Below, one piece after another: positions 51,296 through 61,938 of a DNA stretch of 64,000 nt; the stretch's first letter is position 1; the number at the start of each line of letters is the position of its first letter. The position numbers and the translations under genes are program-made. The notes under the pieces are model-generated. The model had not been told where the DNA came from, made no database searches, and worked only from the letters and a program-made list of their open reading frames with translations. This DNA comes from Gemmatimonadales bacterium (GTDB lineage: Bacteria > Gemmatimonadota > Gemmatimonadetes > Gemmatimonadales > GWC2-71-9), in the NCBI GenBank assembly GCA_039794085.1, contig JBDIWC010000014.1, positions 11,987 through 75,986 on the forward strand, read 5' to 3'.

Positions 51296-52215
51296 GCGAG
51301 GCCGGTTGACTGCACCAGGGCCTGCCGAAGCGCCAGACCAAAGGGTTGGTCGGTCATGACCAGTTCGTGAGCGATCCCGTGACGCCGGCACTCGTGCCGC
51401 CATCCCTCCACCACCTGGCCCACGGTCTCGTGGTACCGTCCCGCCCAGTCGGAGGGACGCAACACGAGGGCCTCCCCGGTTTCCGGATCCTCGAACCGGG
51501 TTTCCGAGGCCCCGGCCAGGTCCCGCTCCCCGGGGTCCATCACCTGCAACACGAGGACCTGATGGCCGCGGTGCCGCAGAAAGCGGAGGGCCTTGAGGGT
51601 CACCTCCCGGTCGAGGAGGAGGTCGGACACGAACACCACCAGGCCCCGCCGCCGGAGCTGGTCCACCACCCGGCGGAGGGCGGGCTCGGCCGCGGTGTGC
51701 TGACCGGGCATGACCTCCCCGAGGGCGGTGACCAGGGTGGTCCAATGGGGGAGGCGGGCCCGGGGCGGGACGATCCGTCGCACGGTGTCATCGAAGGTGA
51801 TGAGTCCGGTGGCATCGCGTTGCCGGAGGAGAACGAGCGCCAGCGCGGCCAGCAGACGCTGGGCGTAGGCGATCTTCGTCAGGCGCTCCGGCGAGCCGGT
51901 CCAGGCCATGGAACGGCTGGTGTCGAACACCAGCATCGCCCGGAGGTTGGTCTCCTCCTCAAACTGCTTGACATAGAGCCGGTCGGTGCGGGCCAGCAGT
52001 TTCCAGTCCACGTAGCGGGGCTCGTCTCCCGGCTGATACATCCGGTGCTCGGCGAACTCGACCGAGAATCCCCGCCGGGGGGATCGATGAAGACCCGCCA
52101 GAAACCCCTCCACGATCCCGGTCGTGGTCACTTCCATCCCCCCCAGCCGTGCGATTTCCACAGGGTCGAGTAGGTCCAGACGGGTCTGGTGGCGGGAGGG
52201 TGCGGCACGCAGCAT
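51292..52215 (-). CDS. DUF58 protein (MoxR-associated)
   Basis: GLHRS..SVEFAEHRMYQPGD..DWK, VKQFEEE, DTSRSM. Confidence 0.93.
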   Translation of the reverse strand: MLRAAPSRHQTRLDLLDPVEIARLGGMEVTTTGIVEGFLAGLHRSPRRGFSVEFAEHRMYQPGDEPRYVDWKLLARTDRLYVKQFEEETNLRAMLVFDTSRSMAWTGSPERLTKIAYAQRLLAALALVLLRQRDATGLITFDDTVRRIVPPRARLPHWTTLVTALGEVMPGQHTAAEPALRRVVDQLRRRGLVVFVSDLLLDREVTLKALRFLRHRGHQVLVLQVMDPGERDLAGASETRFEDPETGEALVLRPSDWAGRYHETVGQVVEGWRHECRRHGIAHELVMTDQPFGLALRQALVQSTGLA

Positions 52216-52350
52216 CGGCGAGCAAACGTAACACGAGGGAGGAGGGAATAGGGAGTGATCCCTCCCGCCGACGCGATCCCCCCGGCATCTTCCGGGACTC
52301 GCTCCGGGGGCGGCGCGCCCCTGGAGACTCACCCTTGCCCCGGACTCACC

Positions 52351-52719
52351 ATGACCTCGACCCTCTCCGACTTCCGCGCGTTTCGCGACCGGATGAATGC
52401 CTCGATCTTTGCCACCGGCAACCTCACCCTCAATCGCTTTTTTGCGATCGACGGCCGTGCCTACAGTGCCGGGGCCCTCGATGGGCGGACCAAGGAACTG
52501 CTTGGCCTCGTGGCGTCCCTCGTGCTGCGATGCGACGACTGCGTCACCTATCATCTCATGCAATGCCGGGACGAGGGGGTGAGTGACGCGGAGCTGCACG
52601 AAGCGATGGCGGTGGGACTGGTCGTGGGCGGCAGCATCGTGATCCCTCACCTCCGCCGCGCGATGGCCCGGCTCGAGGAACTCGCCGCGGAATCGGACGG
52701 GGACGCCGCTACCTCCTGA
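52351..52719 (+). CDS. Carboxymuconolactone decarboxylase/AhpD-like protein
   Basis: GALDGRTKELLGL..LRCDDCVTYH. Confidence 0.9.
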   Translation: MTSTLSDFRAFRDRMNASIFATGNLTLNRFFAIDGRAYSAGALDGRTKELLGLVASLVLRCDDCVTYHLMQCRDEGVSDAELHEAMAVGLVVGGSIVIPHLRRAMARLEELAAESDGDAATS

Positions 52720-53656
52720 GACCTCCGGGGAGCCGCCGGAACAGGCTGGTGCCCCGGCTCAGGAGAACACTGACAACCACCAGGCCTCCTCCGGCCACCT
52801 GCAGGGGCCGGAGGCTTTCTCCGAGAAGGAGGGCGGCGGCGGCGGCGGCGAAGACCGGAACCACGCAGCCGTAGAGGGAGGTTCGGTTGGTGCCGAGGAC
52901 CCGAACCGAATGGTTCCAGAGCAGGTAGGCGACCACGATCGACACCGCCGAGGCGTAGAGCAGAGCGCCCCAGGCCAGCGGAGGAATGGCCATCCAGTCC
53001 ATCGTGAGCAGATCGGGGAGGCCGAGCACCAGGAGCCCCGGCATCCCCGCGGCGGTCGTGAGGGTCGTGACCCGGAGAGGGGTGAGCCCCTCGCCCGCCT
53101 GCCGGACGCCCAGGGTGAACAGGGCCCAGCACACCACCGACCCCAGGGTCAGGAGGTCACCCGTCGTCCCGGGACCGCCAAAATGAATTCCGCGGTCCCC
53201 CGCGAGCACGACCATCAGAACTCCGAGCGTGCCGGCCGCCAGGGCCCAGCGCGCGGCGGGCGTCGGGCTCTCGATGCCCAGGATCCCTCCGAGAACGGCC
53301 ACCAGCACGGGGATGAAGGCGATGAGGACGGAGCTGTTGGTCGCCGTGGTGAGCGAGAGCCCGGTCATGAATCCCATCTGGTACAGCGTGTTGCCCAGCA
53401 CCCCCAGGCCGAACAACCGGAGGAGTTGCCGGCGCGGCACGGGGGACGGCGCCTCCGTGGCCCGGAGCACACCCCAGAGCAGCGCGGTGGCGCCCAGAAA
53501 CCGGAGTCCCGTGAAGGCAAAGACCGGAAAGGCACTCAGGGCATACTTGCTGACGCTGAAGTTGATTCCCCAGATGACCGACACGAGCACCATGGCAAGG
53601 TCATATCGGAGAACCGACGGGGGGGATGTGATGGGGGACGTGCGTACTCTCCTCAC
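52709..53656 (-). CDS. EamA/DMT family transporter
   Basis: IWGINF, two hydrophobic repeats, LLGESL; start may be 53593. Confidence 0.9.
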   Translation of the reverse strand: MRRVRTSPITSPPSVLRYDLAMVLVSVIWGINFSVSKYALSAFPVFAFTGLRFLGATALLWGVLRATEAPSPVPRRQLLRLFGLGVLGNTLYQMGFMTGLSLTTATNSSVLIAFIPVLVAVLGGILGIESPTPAARWALAAGTLGVLMVVLAGDRGIHFGGPGTTGDLLTLGSVVCWALFTLGVRQAGEGLTPLRVTTLTTAAGMPGLLVLGLPDLLTMDWMAIPPLAWGALLYASAVSIVVAYLLWNHSVRVLGTNRTSLYGCVVPVFAAAAAALLLGESLRPLQVAGGGLVVVSVLLSRGTSLFRRLPGGLRR

Positions 53657-53706
53657 TTCGGGGCGCCAGAGAATACACGGGCCGCCCCGCGATTTCCACT
53701 TTCTCC

Positions 53707-53744
53707 TTCACACGTCACACTTCGAACTTCACACGTCGAACGTC
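53707..53744. repeat. Degenerate heptamer repeat (TCACACG/TCACACT/TCGAACT/TCGAACG)
   Basis: Five 7-bp units upstream of lepA. Confidence 0.7.
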
Positions 53745-53787
53745 CCCCGGCGGGCGGGCGGGGTGGGTCGCCCGCTATATTGTGCGG

Positions 53788-55590
53788 ATGTCACAGCAGC
53801 ACACCCGCAATTTCTGCATCGTCGCCCACATCGACCACGGCAAGTCGACCCTGGCCGATCGCCTCATCGAGGTCACCCGCACGGTTGAGAAGCGGCTCAT
53901 GCGCGAGCAGCTCACCGACACGATGGATCTCGAGCGGGAGCGTGGCATCACCATCAAGCTCAACGCGGTGCGGATGCGCTACCCCGCCCGGGATGGGGTG
54001 GAGTACACCCTCAACCTGATCGACACCCCGGGCCACGTCGACTTCACCTACGAGGTCTCGCGGTCCCTCGCGGCCTGCGAGGGCGCCATCCTCATCGTGG
54101 ATGCCTCCCAGGGAGTCCAGGCCCAGACCTTGAGCAACCTCTTCCTCGCCCTCGATGCCGGGCTGGAGATCATCCCGGTCCTCAACAAGATCGACCTGCC
54201 GGGCGCGGAGCCGGAGCGGCGGGCCCAGGAGATCATCGACCTCATCGGGGCCCGGCCCGAGGAGATCCTGGCGGTGAGTGCCAAGGAGGGCACCGGCGTG
54301 CCGGAGCTGCTGGAGGCGATCGTGGCCCGCATTCCTCCCCCGGCCGGCTCTCCGGAGGCCCCGCTCCGGGCTCTCATTTTCGACTCCTACTACGACCGGT
54401 ACCGCGGGGCGATCCCGAGCATCCGGGTGGTGGACGGGGTCATCCGGAAGGGGATGCGGATCGTCTTCGGCGCCCACCCGGACGACGGGTACGATGTGGA
54501 GGAGGTCGGGCACCTGCAGCTGGGGCAACGGCCCGCTCCGATGCTCGAGGCGGGCGACGTGGGCTATCTCGTGGCGAGTCTCCGCCAGGTGCGGGACGCC
54601 CGGGTGGGGGACACCATTCTCGACGCCGCCCACAGCACGACGCCGCTCCTGCCCGGCTACCGGGACGTGACCTCGATGGTGTTCGCCGGGGTCTACCCCA
54701 CGCAATCAGACCAGTACGAGCCCCTCCGCGATGCACTCGAGAAGCTGGTGCTGAACGATGCCAGTCTTCATTACGAGCCCGAAACGTCCACGGCACTCGG
54801 CTTCGGATTCCGGTGCGGGTTCCTCGGGCTGCTCCACATGGACATCGTCCAGGAACGGCTGGAACGCGAGTTCGGGCTCGACCTCATCACGACCGTCCCG
54901 ACGGTGGAGCACCACGTCTACCTGACCAACGGGACCATGGTGGTGGTGGAGAATCCCTCCCACCTCCCCGATCCCGCCACCATCGACCGGATCGAGGAGC
55001 CCTATGTCAAGGCCCGCATCATGGCTCCCGCCGAGTACATCGGGCCCATCATGCAACTCGGGCAGGACCGCCGGGGCATCTATCATGGGATGCACTACGT
55101 GGACACGGCCCGGGTGGAGTTCAGATGGGAGTTTCCCCTGGGCGAGATCGTGCTCGATTTCCACGACCGCCTCAAGTCCCTGAGCCGGGGATACGCCTCG
55201 ATGGACTATGAGATGGGGGACTACCGGGCCTCCAAGCTCGTGAAGCTCGACATGCTCATCAACGCGGAGCAGATCGACGCCTTCAGCGTCATCATCCACC
55301 GCGACAAGTCCTACGAGTGGGGCCGGAAGGTCGCCGAGAAGCTCAAGGAACTCATCCCCCGCCAGCTCTTTCAGGTCGTGATCCAGGCCGCGATCGGCCA
55401 CAAGATCATCGCGCGCGAAACCATCTCCGCCCTCCGCAAGGATGTGTTGGCCAAGTGCTACGGCGGGGACATCACCCGGAAGCGCAAGCTTCTGGAAAAG
55501 CAGAAGGAGGGGAAGAAGCGCATGAAGCAGATCGGACAGCTCGAGATTCCCCAGGAGGCCTTCCTCGCCGTCCTCCAGGTGGACAATTAG
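53788..55590 (+). CDS. lepA: Translation elongation factor 4
   Basis: [44 protein letters not shown]. Confidence 0.98.
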   Translation: MSQQHTRNFCIVAHIDHGKSTLADRLIEVTRTVEKRLMREQLTDTMDLERERGITIKLNAVRMRYPARDGVEYTLNLIDTPGHVDFTYEVSRSLAACEGAILIVDASQGVQAQTLSNLFLALDAGLEIIPVLNKIDLPGAEPERRAQEIIDLIGARPEEILAVSAKEGTGVPELLEAIVARIPPPAGSPEAPLRALIFDSYYDRYRGAIPSIRVVDGVIRKGMRIVFGAHPDDGYDVEEVGHLQLGQRPAPMLEAGDVGYLVASLRQVRDARVGDTILDAAHSTTPLLPGYRDVTSMVFAGVYPTQSDQYEPLRDALEKLVLNDASLHYEPETSTALGFGFRCGFLGLLHMDIVQERLEREFGLDLITTVPTVEHHVYLTNGTMVVVENPSHLPDPATIDRIEEPYVKARIMAPAEYIGPIMQLGQDRRGIYHGMHYVDTARVEFRWEFPLGEIVLDFHDRLKSLSRGYASMDYEMGDYRASKLVKLDMLINAEQIDAFSVIIHRDKSYEWGRKVAEKLKELIPRQLFQVVIQAAIGHKIIARETISALRKDVLAKCYGGDITRKRKLLEKQKEGKKRMKQIGQLEIPQEAFLAVLQVDN

Positions 55591-55606
55591 TCCTGGCACG
55601 GATCGC

Positions 55607-56593
55607 ATGGCAGGGACCCTCGTGATCCAGACCGCGTGGGCGGGAGACGTGGTTCTCACGACGCCCCTGCTCCACGCCCTGATCCCTCACGGACCGGTGG
55701 ATGTCCTGGTGACACCCACCGGCGCCTCGCTCCTCGAGAACCATCCCGGCATCCGGCGGGTGCATGCCTGGGACAAGACGCGGGATCGAAGGCCCGCGGC
55801 CCTCGCCCGTCTGGCCCGCCACCTGCGGTCGGTGAACTATGACCGGGCCATCCTCCCGCACCGATCGCTTCGCTCCGCCCTGGTGGCCCGCCTCGCCGGC
55901 ATTCCCGAACGCATCGGGTTCGGCGGACGCCTCCCCGCCCTGCTCTATTCACACCGGGTTCGCTGGCCCGCCGAACTCCACGAAACGGAACGGCTCCTCT
56001 CCCTGGCGCGGGACCAGGGCACGTCGGCGACTCCCACGGTGACTCTCCCGCTCACGACCGCCGAGCGCGACGGGGCCCGCGCCTGGCTCGCGGCCCGAGG
56101 CATCGCCCCGCCCTTCGTGGCCCTGGCCCCGGGTGCCGCGTGGGCCACGAAGCAGTGGCCCCGGTTCGGGGATCTGGCCGCCGGCCTCGCCGGTCCTGTC
56201 GTGGTGATCGGGAGCGCCGCGGAGCGGGATCTCGCCGGGGGCATTGCGGCGCGGGGCCCCGGGCGTGTTCATTCCGCGGCGGGGGAGACCAGTTTGCGAC
56301 AGGCGCTGGGCCTCATCGCGGAGGCCGCGGTGCTGGTCACCAACGACTCCGCGCCGATGCATCTGGCCGCGGCGACGGGCACGCCGGTGGTGGCGCTCTT
56401 CGGCCCCACGAGTCCGGAACTCGGGTTCGGACCCCGGGGGCCGCGAGACCGGGTTCTGGGCGTGGCGGACCTCGGGTGCCGCCCCTGCTCACCCCACGGC
56501 CCCCGGCGGTGCCCCCTGGGGCATCACCGGTGCCTGAGGACCCTGCCGGTGGACGAGGTTCTCCAGGCCGTCAACGCGGTTCTTTCCACGTGA
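55607..56593 (+). CDS. waaF: GT9 LPS heptosyltransferase II-like
   Basis: GDVVLTTP, APGAAWATKQWP, TNDSAPMHLA, LFGPT. Confidence 0.85.
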   Translation: MAGTLVIQTAWAGDVVLTTPLLHALIPHGPVDVLVTPTGASLLENHPGIRRVHAWDKTRDRRPAALARLARHLRSVNYDRAILPHRSLRSALVARLAGIPERIGFGGRLPALLYSHRVRWPAELHETERLLSLARDQGTSATPTVTLPLTTAERDGARAWLAARGIAPPFVALAPGAAWATKQWPRFGDLAAGLAGPVVVIGSAAERDLAGGIAARGPGRVHSAAGETSLRQALGLIAEAAVLVTNDSAPMHLAAATGTPVVALFGPTSPELGFGPRGPRDRVLGVADLGCRPCSPHGPRRCPLGHHRCLRTLPVDEVLQAVNAVLST

Positions 56594-56600
56594 GTTTTCT

Positions 56601-57590
56601 ATGGATGTGATCGTCGGGATCGATCTCGGGGGAACCAACATCGCCGCGGGGGTGGTGGCCGCCGACGGGTCGCGCCTGCTCACCTTCCGGTCCCGGCCCA
56701 CCCGCCCCGAGGAGGGCGCCGATGCCGTTCTCCGGAGGATGGCCGGCACCGCACGGGAGGCGACCTCCGCCGCCGCGGCCGACCACCCCGACATTCGCGT
56801 GCTCGGCGTCGGCATCGGTGCGCCCGGGCCGCTCGACACCACGACCGGGGTCGTCCTGCTCACCCCGAACCTCGGGTGGACCGACATGCCCCTCCGCCAG
56901 CGCATGGCCGACGCCCTGGCCCTTCCCACGACTCTCGACAACGATGCCAACTGCGCCGTGCTGGGAGAATGGTGGCAGGGTGCCGCGCAGGGCTGTCGCG
57001 ACGTGATCGGGCTGACCATCGGCACCGGCGTGGGGGGAGGGATCCTCCTCAACGGCGCCATCCACCACGGGGCGTCGGACTGTGCCGGGGAGGTCGGTCA
57101 CTCCACCATCGACGCCCATGGCCGGCGCTGTGTTTGCGGCAACGACGGCTGCGTCGAGGCCTATGCCGCGGGACCCGCCATCGCCCGCCGGGCCACCGAG
57201 CTGATCGCCTCCGGGGCCGAGTCGCGCCTCGCGGCACCCGGCACCGGCCCCCTCACGGCCCAGATGGTGTATGAGGCCGCCGAACTGGGCGATGACGTGG
57301 CACGAGAGGTGGTCCGGGACACCGCCAAGTACCTCGGGGCGGCCGTGGCCAATCTGATCAACATCTTCAATCCGGAGGTCGTGGTGCTGTGTGGTGGAGT
57401 GGTCCGCGCCGGGGATTCTCTCTTTCTGCCCCTGCGGCAGGAAGTAGCCCGCCGCGCCTTCCGTCCCGCGGTCGCGGCGTGCCGCATCGTGCCCGGATCC
57501 CTGGGCGACGCGGCGGGAGTGTACGGGGCGGCCCAGAGCTTCCACCAGCTCCGATTTAGCCGGGTCAGCCACCCGGCCCCGGGAGCCTGA
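56601..57590 (+). CDS. ROK family sugar kinase (glucokinase-like)
   Basis: GIDLGGT, DNDANC, GTGVGGG, GEVGH, CVCGNDGCVE. Confidence 0.93.
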   Translation: MDVIVGIDLGGTNIAAGVVAADGSRLLTFRSRPTRPEEGADAVLRRMAGTAREATSAAAADHPDIRVLGVGIGAPGPLDTTTGVVLLTPNLGWTDMPLRQRMADALALPTTLDNDANCAVLGEWWQGAAQGCRDVIGLTIGTGVGGGILLNGAIHHGASDCAGEVGHSTIDAHGRRCVCGNDGCVEAYAAGPAIARRATELIASGAESRLAAPGTGPLTAQMVYEAAELGDDVAREVVRDTAKYLGAAVANLINIFNPEVVVLCGGVVRAGDSLFLPLRQEVARRAFRPAVAACRIVPGSLGDAAGVYGAAQSFHQLRFSRVSHPAPGA

Positions 57591-57596
57591 GGACCC

Positions 57597-58562
57597 ATGC
57601 CGCGCGTCGGGGTCATCGGATCGCTGGTCTGGGACGTGATCCACGGGAGGGACCGAACCCGGGCTCCCGTGGAGGAGTGGGGAGGGATCGCCTACGCCCT
57701 CGCCGGCCTGGATGCCGCCCTGCCGGACTCCTGGGAAATCGTTCCCCTGATCAAGGTGGGACGCGACCTGAGCGAGCGCGCCGCCGGCTTCCTGCGCGAG
57801 ATCGAGCATCGCGCGCCGGGCGCCCGGTTCCCCGAGGTGGATTCCCCCACCAACCGGGTGGTCCTGCAGTATCAATCCGCGGAGCGGCGGTGTGAGCGGA
57901 TGGCGGGGGGTGTCCCCGGGTGGACCTGGCCCGAACTCGGGCCCCTGGTACGGGACCTGGACGCGATCTATCTGAATTTCATCAGCGGCTTCGAGCTCTG
58001 CCTCGGCACCGCCACCGCCCTCCGCCAGGGATTCGCCGGGCCGATCTATGCCGACCTCCACAGTCTCTTCCTGGGCATGCAGCATGACGGACTCCGGATG
58101 CTCCGTCCCCTGCCCGACGCTCCCTCCTGGTTCCGCTGTTTCGACGTCGTCCAGATGAACGAGGACGAGATGCGGGAGCTCTCCCCCGACCCGATGGCCC
58201 TCTCGGCGGGGGTCCTCGAAGCCGGGGTCTCGCTGTTGCTGGTCACCCTCGGGCCCCGGGGCGTGATCTATGTGGCCGCCCCCGATTTCGACCGTCTCTC
58301 CCTCGGGCCCCGGTCCGCCCACGGTCCCCCCCGCGGAGGCGCCATCCGGACTGCGCGCGTACCCTCGACCCCGGTTCCCGATGCCGACCCCACGGGATGC
58401 GGCGATGTGTTCGGGGCCGCCTGTTGTGCCCGGTTGCTGGCCGGCGATTCCCTGGATCACGCCCTGGCCGTTGCCGTCCGACTCGCCGAGCGCAACGCCG
58501 GATTCCGGGGGGCATCGGCTCTCCGCCAGCGGCTCCGCGGCCATCTCGTGGAGGCGCCGTGA
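57597..58562 (+). CDS. PfkB-family carbohydrate kinase (divergent)
   Basis: WGG, MNEDE, VTLGPRG, DPTGCGDVF. Confidence 0.85.
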   Translation: MPRVGVIGSLVWDVIHGRDRTRAPVEEWGGIAYALAGLDAALPDSWEIVPLIKVGRDLSERAAGFLREIEHRAPGARFPEVDSPTNRVVLQYQSAERRCERMAGGVPGWTWPELGPLVRDLDAIYLNFISGFELCLGTATALRQGFAGPIYADLHSLFLGMQHDGLRMLRPLPDAPSWFRCFDVVQMNEDEMRELSPDPMALSAGVLEAGVSLLLVTLGPRGVIYVAAPDFDRLSLGPRSAHGPPRGGAIRTARVPSTPVPDADPTGCGDVFGAACCARLLAGDSLDHALAVAVRLAERNAGFRGASALRQRLRGHLVEAP

Positions 58563-59452
58563 AGGTCATTCCCGTTCCCTCGTCCCTGGACGACCGTTCC
58601 CTCGACCAGCTCGCCGCGAGTCTCGGCGACTGGCCCCCGGACACCCGCCTCCTCCTCGATGCCCGGGCCACCACCTGGGCCTCCCCCTTCGGCTTCACCG
58701 CCCTGCTCAGCCTGGGCGAGGCCCTGGCCGACGCCGGCGCGGAAAAGCCCCGGTTTGCGGTGCCGGCCCAGGATGATGTCCGGTCCTACTGGGCCCGGGC
58801 CGGATTCTTTCAGCACGCCGACTCCTGTTTCGAGCTGCACGGCAAGGTACCCCGGCGATCCACCGACGTCGCCAGTGATGTCCTGCTCCCGGTGATGCCG
58901 GTGCGGGCCTCCGGCGACGTGCACGCCGTGGTCAACCGCATCCAGGAGGGGGCGGCCCGGATTCTGACCCATGAACTCGGGATCCCCACCAAGGCCACGA
59001 TGCGCTTTGCCATGACCCTGTCGGAAGCGTGCCAGAACGTCGTCGAGCACGCCGGCACGGGGGGCTGGGTGGCAGTCCAGGCCTACACCTGGCGCAAGCG
59101 ACTCGGGAAGCGCGTGGTCGTCATCGCCGTCAGCGACGGGGGAGTCGGGTTCCGTCGCTCCCTGGAGGCCACCGAGTCCCGGCGGCATGGCGAGCGATGG
59201 AATGACCGGGTGGCTCTCGAGTCGGCGCTGATACACGGCGTGAGTCGGTTCCGGGATCCGGGGCGGGGGCAGGGCCTGGGAGCGATCAAGCACTTCCTCA
59301 AGGATTGGCACGGCAAGATCTCGATCCGGAGCGGCACCGCCCGGCTCTCCATCCTGCCGGCCTGGGATGATGACGTTCCGATGGCCGAGGGATTACCATT
59401 CTTCCCGGGTTCCCAGGTCCAGATCGTGGTGCCGGCCCAGGAGGGCACGTGA
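58559..59452 (+). CDS. HATPase (anti-sigma/RsbW-like) protein with STAS-like N-terminus
   Basis: SEACQNVVEHAG N-box, VSDGGVGF G1, GRGQGL G2. Confidence 0.75.
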   Translation: MKVIPVPSSLDDRSLDQLAASLGDWPPDTRLLLDARATTWASPFGFTALLSLGEALADAGAEKPRFAVPAQDDVRSYWARAGFFQHADSCFELHGKVPRRSTDVASDVLLPVMPVRASGDVHAVVNRIQEGAARILTHELGIPTKATMRFAMTLSEACQNVVEHAGTGGWVAVQAYTWRKRLGKRVVVIAVSDGGVGFRRSLEATESRRHGERWNDRVALESALIHGVSRFRDPGRGQGLGAIKHFLKDWHGKISIRSGTARLSILPAWDDDVPMAEGLPFFPGSQVQIVVPAQEGT

Positions 59453-60000
59453 TCCATACCATCTGCGTCCATGGCGTGCTCCGGGACACCCTCGGAATCG
59501 CCCCCTACGGAGCGCTGGTCACCCGGCCCACCGGAGCCGCCGTCCGGGGACGCATCTGCGAGGTCATCGCCCGGACGCCGGTTCCCACCACCTGGCTCGA
59601 CTTTGGAGCGGTGGATCTCATGGACTTTTCCTGCGCCGATGAAGTGGTCGCCAAGCTGCTTCAGGATCCCGACCCGGACCACGCGCGATATGTGGTCCTG
59701 TCCGGACTCACCGAAGAGATGTGCGACGCGATCGATTCCGTTCTGTCCCGCCAGCACCTGGCCGTGGTCGGATGCCTGCGGGAAGAGACCTCACCGACCC
59801 CCCTCCTCCTCGGCTGGGCCACTCCCGATATGCGCACCGTCTTCACCGCCGTCCAGGATCATGGCCCCGGCGAGACCCACTCTCTCTCCACCCGGATCGG
59901 CTGGAGCGTGGAGAAGACGGCGGACACCCTGCAGAGTCTCGCACTCCGCGGTCTCATCCACGCCTCGGCCGGCCAGTTCCGCCCCCTGGTCGCCCCATGA
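59449..60000 (+). CDS. Uncharacterised protein, STAS-like N-terminus plus possible winged helix
   Basis: LVTRPTG..LDFGAVDLMDFSCADEVV; helical C-terminus ending LALRGLI; GTGA/ATGA overlaps. Confidence 0.65.
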   Translation: MIHTICVHGVLRDTLGIAPYGALVTRPTGAAVRGRICEVIARTPVPTTWLDFGAVDLMDFSCADEVVAKLLQDPDPDHARYVVLSGLTEEMCDAIDSVLSRQHLAVVGCLREETSPTPLLLGWATPDMRTVFTAVQDHGPGETHSLSTRIGWSVEKTADTLQSLALRGLIHASAGQFRPLVAP

Positions 60001-61202
60001 AGCGTACTCCCTCGACACCGTCCTCGCCCGCCTCACCTCCACCCGGGACCCCCCCGCGCGGGTCGTCCACTCTCGCCGTGCACGGAGGGGCCTCGCCCCG
60101 CAAGCCGGACTGGAGCCCGGTGGCTCCGCCCATCGTCCAGAGCAGCACCTTCGTCAATCCGGTCGGATCCACGGCCGAGGTGCTCTATTCCCGGTACGGC
60201 AACAATCCGACCCAGGTGGAACTGGCCCGCAAGTACGCGGTGCTGGAAGGAGCGGAGAGTGCGTTGTTCGTGGGAAGCGGGATGGGAGCCACGGCCCTCG
60301 CCCACCTCGCGGTTCTCCGCCCCGGTGATCACCTGGTCTCCAGCGAATGGATCTACGGCGGCACCCGGAACCTCTTCGACAGCGAGCTGGGCCGGTTCGG
60401 CATCGAGGTCACCTACGTCAACCCCGACCATCCGCGGGAATGGCGGCGGGCGATTCGATCCACCACCCGGGCCCTTTTTCTGGAGACGCCCACCAATCCC
60501 CTTCTCCGGATCATCGGCATCGAGCCGATCGCGGTGATCGCCCGGGAGTACGGGGTGGCCCTGCTGGTGGACTCGACCTTCGCGAGCCCGATCAACCTCC
60601 GCCCCCTGAGCCAGGGGGCGGATGTGGTCATCACCAGCGCCACCAAATACCTCAACGGTCACAGCGACGTCATCGCGGGCGCGGTCGCTGGATCCGCCTC
60701 GGTCATCGAGGAGGTCACCCGACTGATGCGCCTCTGGGGACAGGCGATCGACCCGCACGCCGCCTGGCTCATCGATCGCGGAATGCGCACCCTGGCCCTC
60801 CGGGTGGCCCGCCACAACGAGAACGGCGCCGCGGTGGCCTCCTGGGCCGAGACCCGCGCGGGGATCCGGCGGGTCCACTACCCCGGGCTCCCGTCCCACC
60901 CCGATCATGCCGTGGCCCGGCGGACCCTTCAGGGCTTTGGCGGGATGGTGGGGCTCGAACTTGACGGAGGTGTGGAGGCGGCCGAGCGCTTCCTCCGGCG
61001 GCTCTCCCTGGTGACCCACGCCCCGAGCCTGGCCGGGGTCGAGAGCCTGATTTCAGAACCCCGTCTCACCTCGCACGCCTCCTTCACGCCGGAGGCCCGC
61101 CATGCCATGGGCATCCCCGACGGATTCCTCCGGCTGAGCTGTGGGATCGAGGATGCCGCGGACATCATCGGCGACCTCGACCACGCCCTGGGAACCGGAT
61201 GA
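59997..61202 (+). CDS. Cys/Met metabolism PLP enzyme (cystathionine gamma-synthase/lyase family)
   Basis: YSRYGNNPT, SGMGA, ETPTNP, SATKYLNGHSD, SLAGVESL, RLSCGIED. Confidence 0.93.
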   Translation: MKRTPSTPSSPASPPPGTPPRGSSTLAVHGGASPRKPDWSPVAPPIVQSSTFVNPVGSTAEVLYSRYGNNPTQVELARKYAVLEGAESALFVGSGMGATALAHLAVLRPGDHLVSSEWIYGGTRNLFDSELGRFGIEVTYVNPDHPREWRRAIRSTTRALFLETPTNPLLRIIGIEPIAVIAREYGVALLVDSTFASPINLRPLSQGADVVITSATKYLNGHSDVIAGAVAGSASVIEEVTRLMRLWGQAIDPHAAWLIDRGMRTLALRVARHNENGAAVASWAETRAGIRRVHYPGLPSHPDHAVARRTLQGFGGMVGLELDGGVEAAERFLRRLSLVTHAPSLAGVESLISEPRLTSHASFTPEARHAMGIPDGFLRLSCGIEDAADIIGDLDHALGTG

Positions 61203-61248
61203 CTCCTCCCCGCTACCCTGAGCCGGTGAAGCGTCCTATCTTCCCGGG

Positions 61249-61938
61249 GTGATTCGCTTTTCCCACGTCTCCAAGTCGTTCCCCGGCGGGGGATCCGCCC
61301 TGCGGGACGTCTCGTTCCACGTGCCGCGGGGGGAGTTCGTGTTCCTCACCGGGCATTCGGGCGCGGGCAAGTCCACCATCCTGTCCCTGCTCCATGCTCA
61401 CGAGCGACCGACCGAGGGAGAGGTCCGGATCTCCGGATATTCCACCGGCGCACTCCGCCCCCGTGACGTGTCCAAGCTCCGGCGCCGCCTTGGCATCGTC
61501 TTCCAGGACTTCCGGCTCCTCGACTCCCGGACCGCCGAGGAGAACGTGGCCTTTGCCCTCGAGGTCACCGGAGCGCCCCGGGCCTCCATTCCCGGACGGA
61601 CCATGCGCGCTCTCACCCGGGTCGGTCTGGCCGGCAAGGCACGGGCCTATCCCCGGGAACTCTCCGGCGGGGAGCAGCAGCGGGTGGCCATCGCCCGGGC
61701 CATCGTGAACGACCCCCCGATCGTGCTCGCCGATGAGCCCACCGGCAACCTCGACGAGCGGGCGCGGAATGGCGTGTTCCAGCTCCTGCGGGACGTGCAC
61801 GACGGGGGAACCGTGGTGGTGATGGCCACCCACGATCTCGACCTGGTCCAATCGTACCCGGAGGGACGGGTGGTCGAACTCCGCGAAGGCCGGATCGTGT
61901 TCGACAGCGCCACCGACGGCACCCCGGAGGTCCCGTGA
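61249..61938 (+). CDS. ftsE: Cell division ATP-binding protein
   Basis: GHSGAGKS, VFQDFRLL, LSGGEQQRVAIARA, DEPTGNLD. Confidence 0.95.
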   Translation: MIRFSHVSKSFPGGGSALRDVSFHVPRGEFVFLTGHSGAGKSTILSLLHAHERPTEGEVRISGYSTGALRPRDVSKLRRRLGIVFQDFRLLDSRTAEENVAFALEVTGAPRASIPGRTMRALTRVGLAGKARAYPRELSGGEQQRVAIARAIVNDPPIVLADEPTGNLDERARNGVFQLLRDVHDGGTVVVMATHDLDLVQSYPEGRVVELREGRIVFDSATDGTPEVP

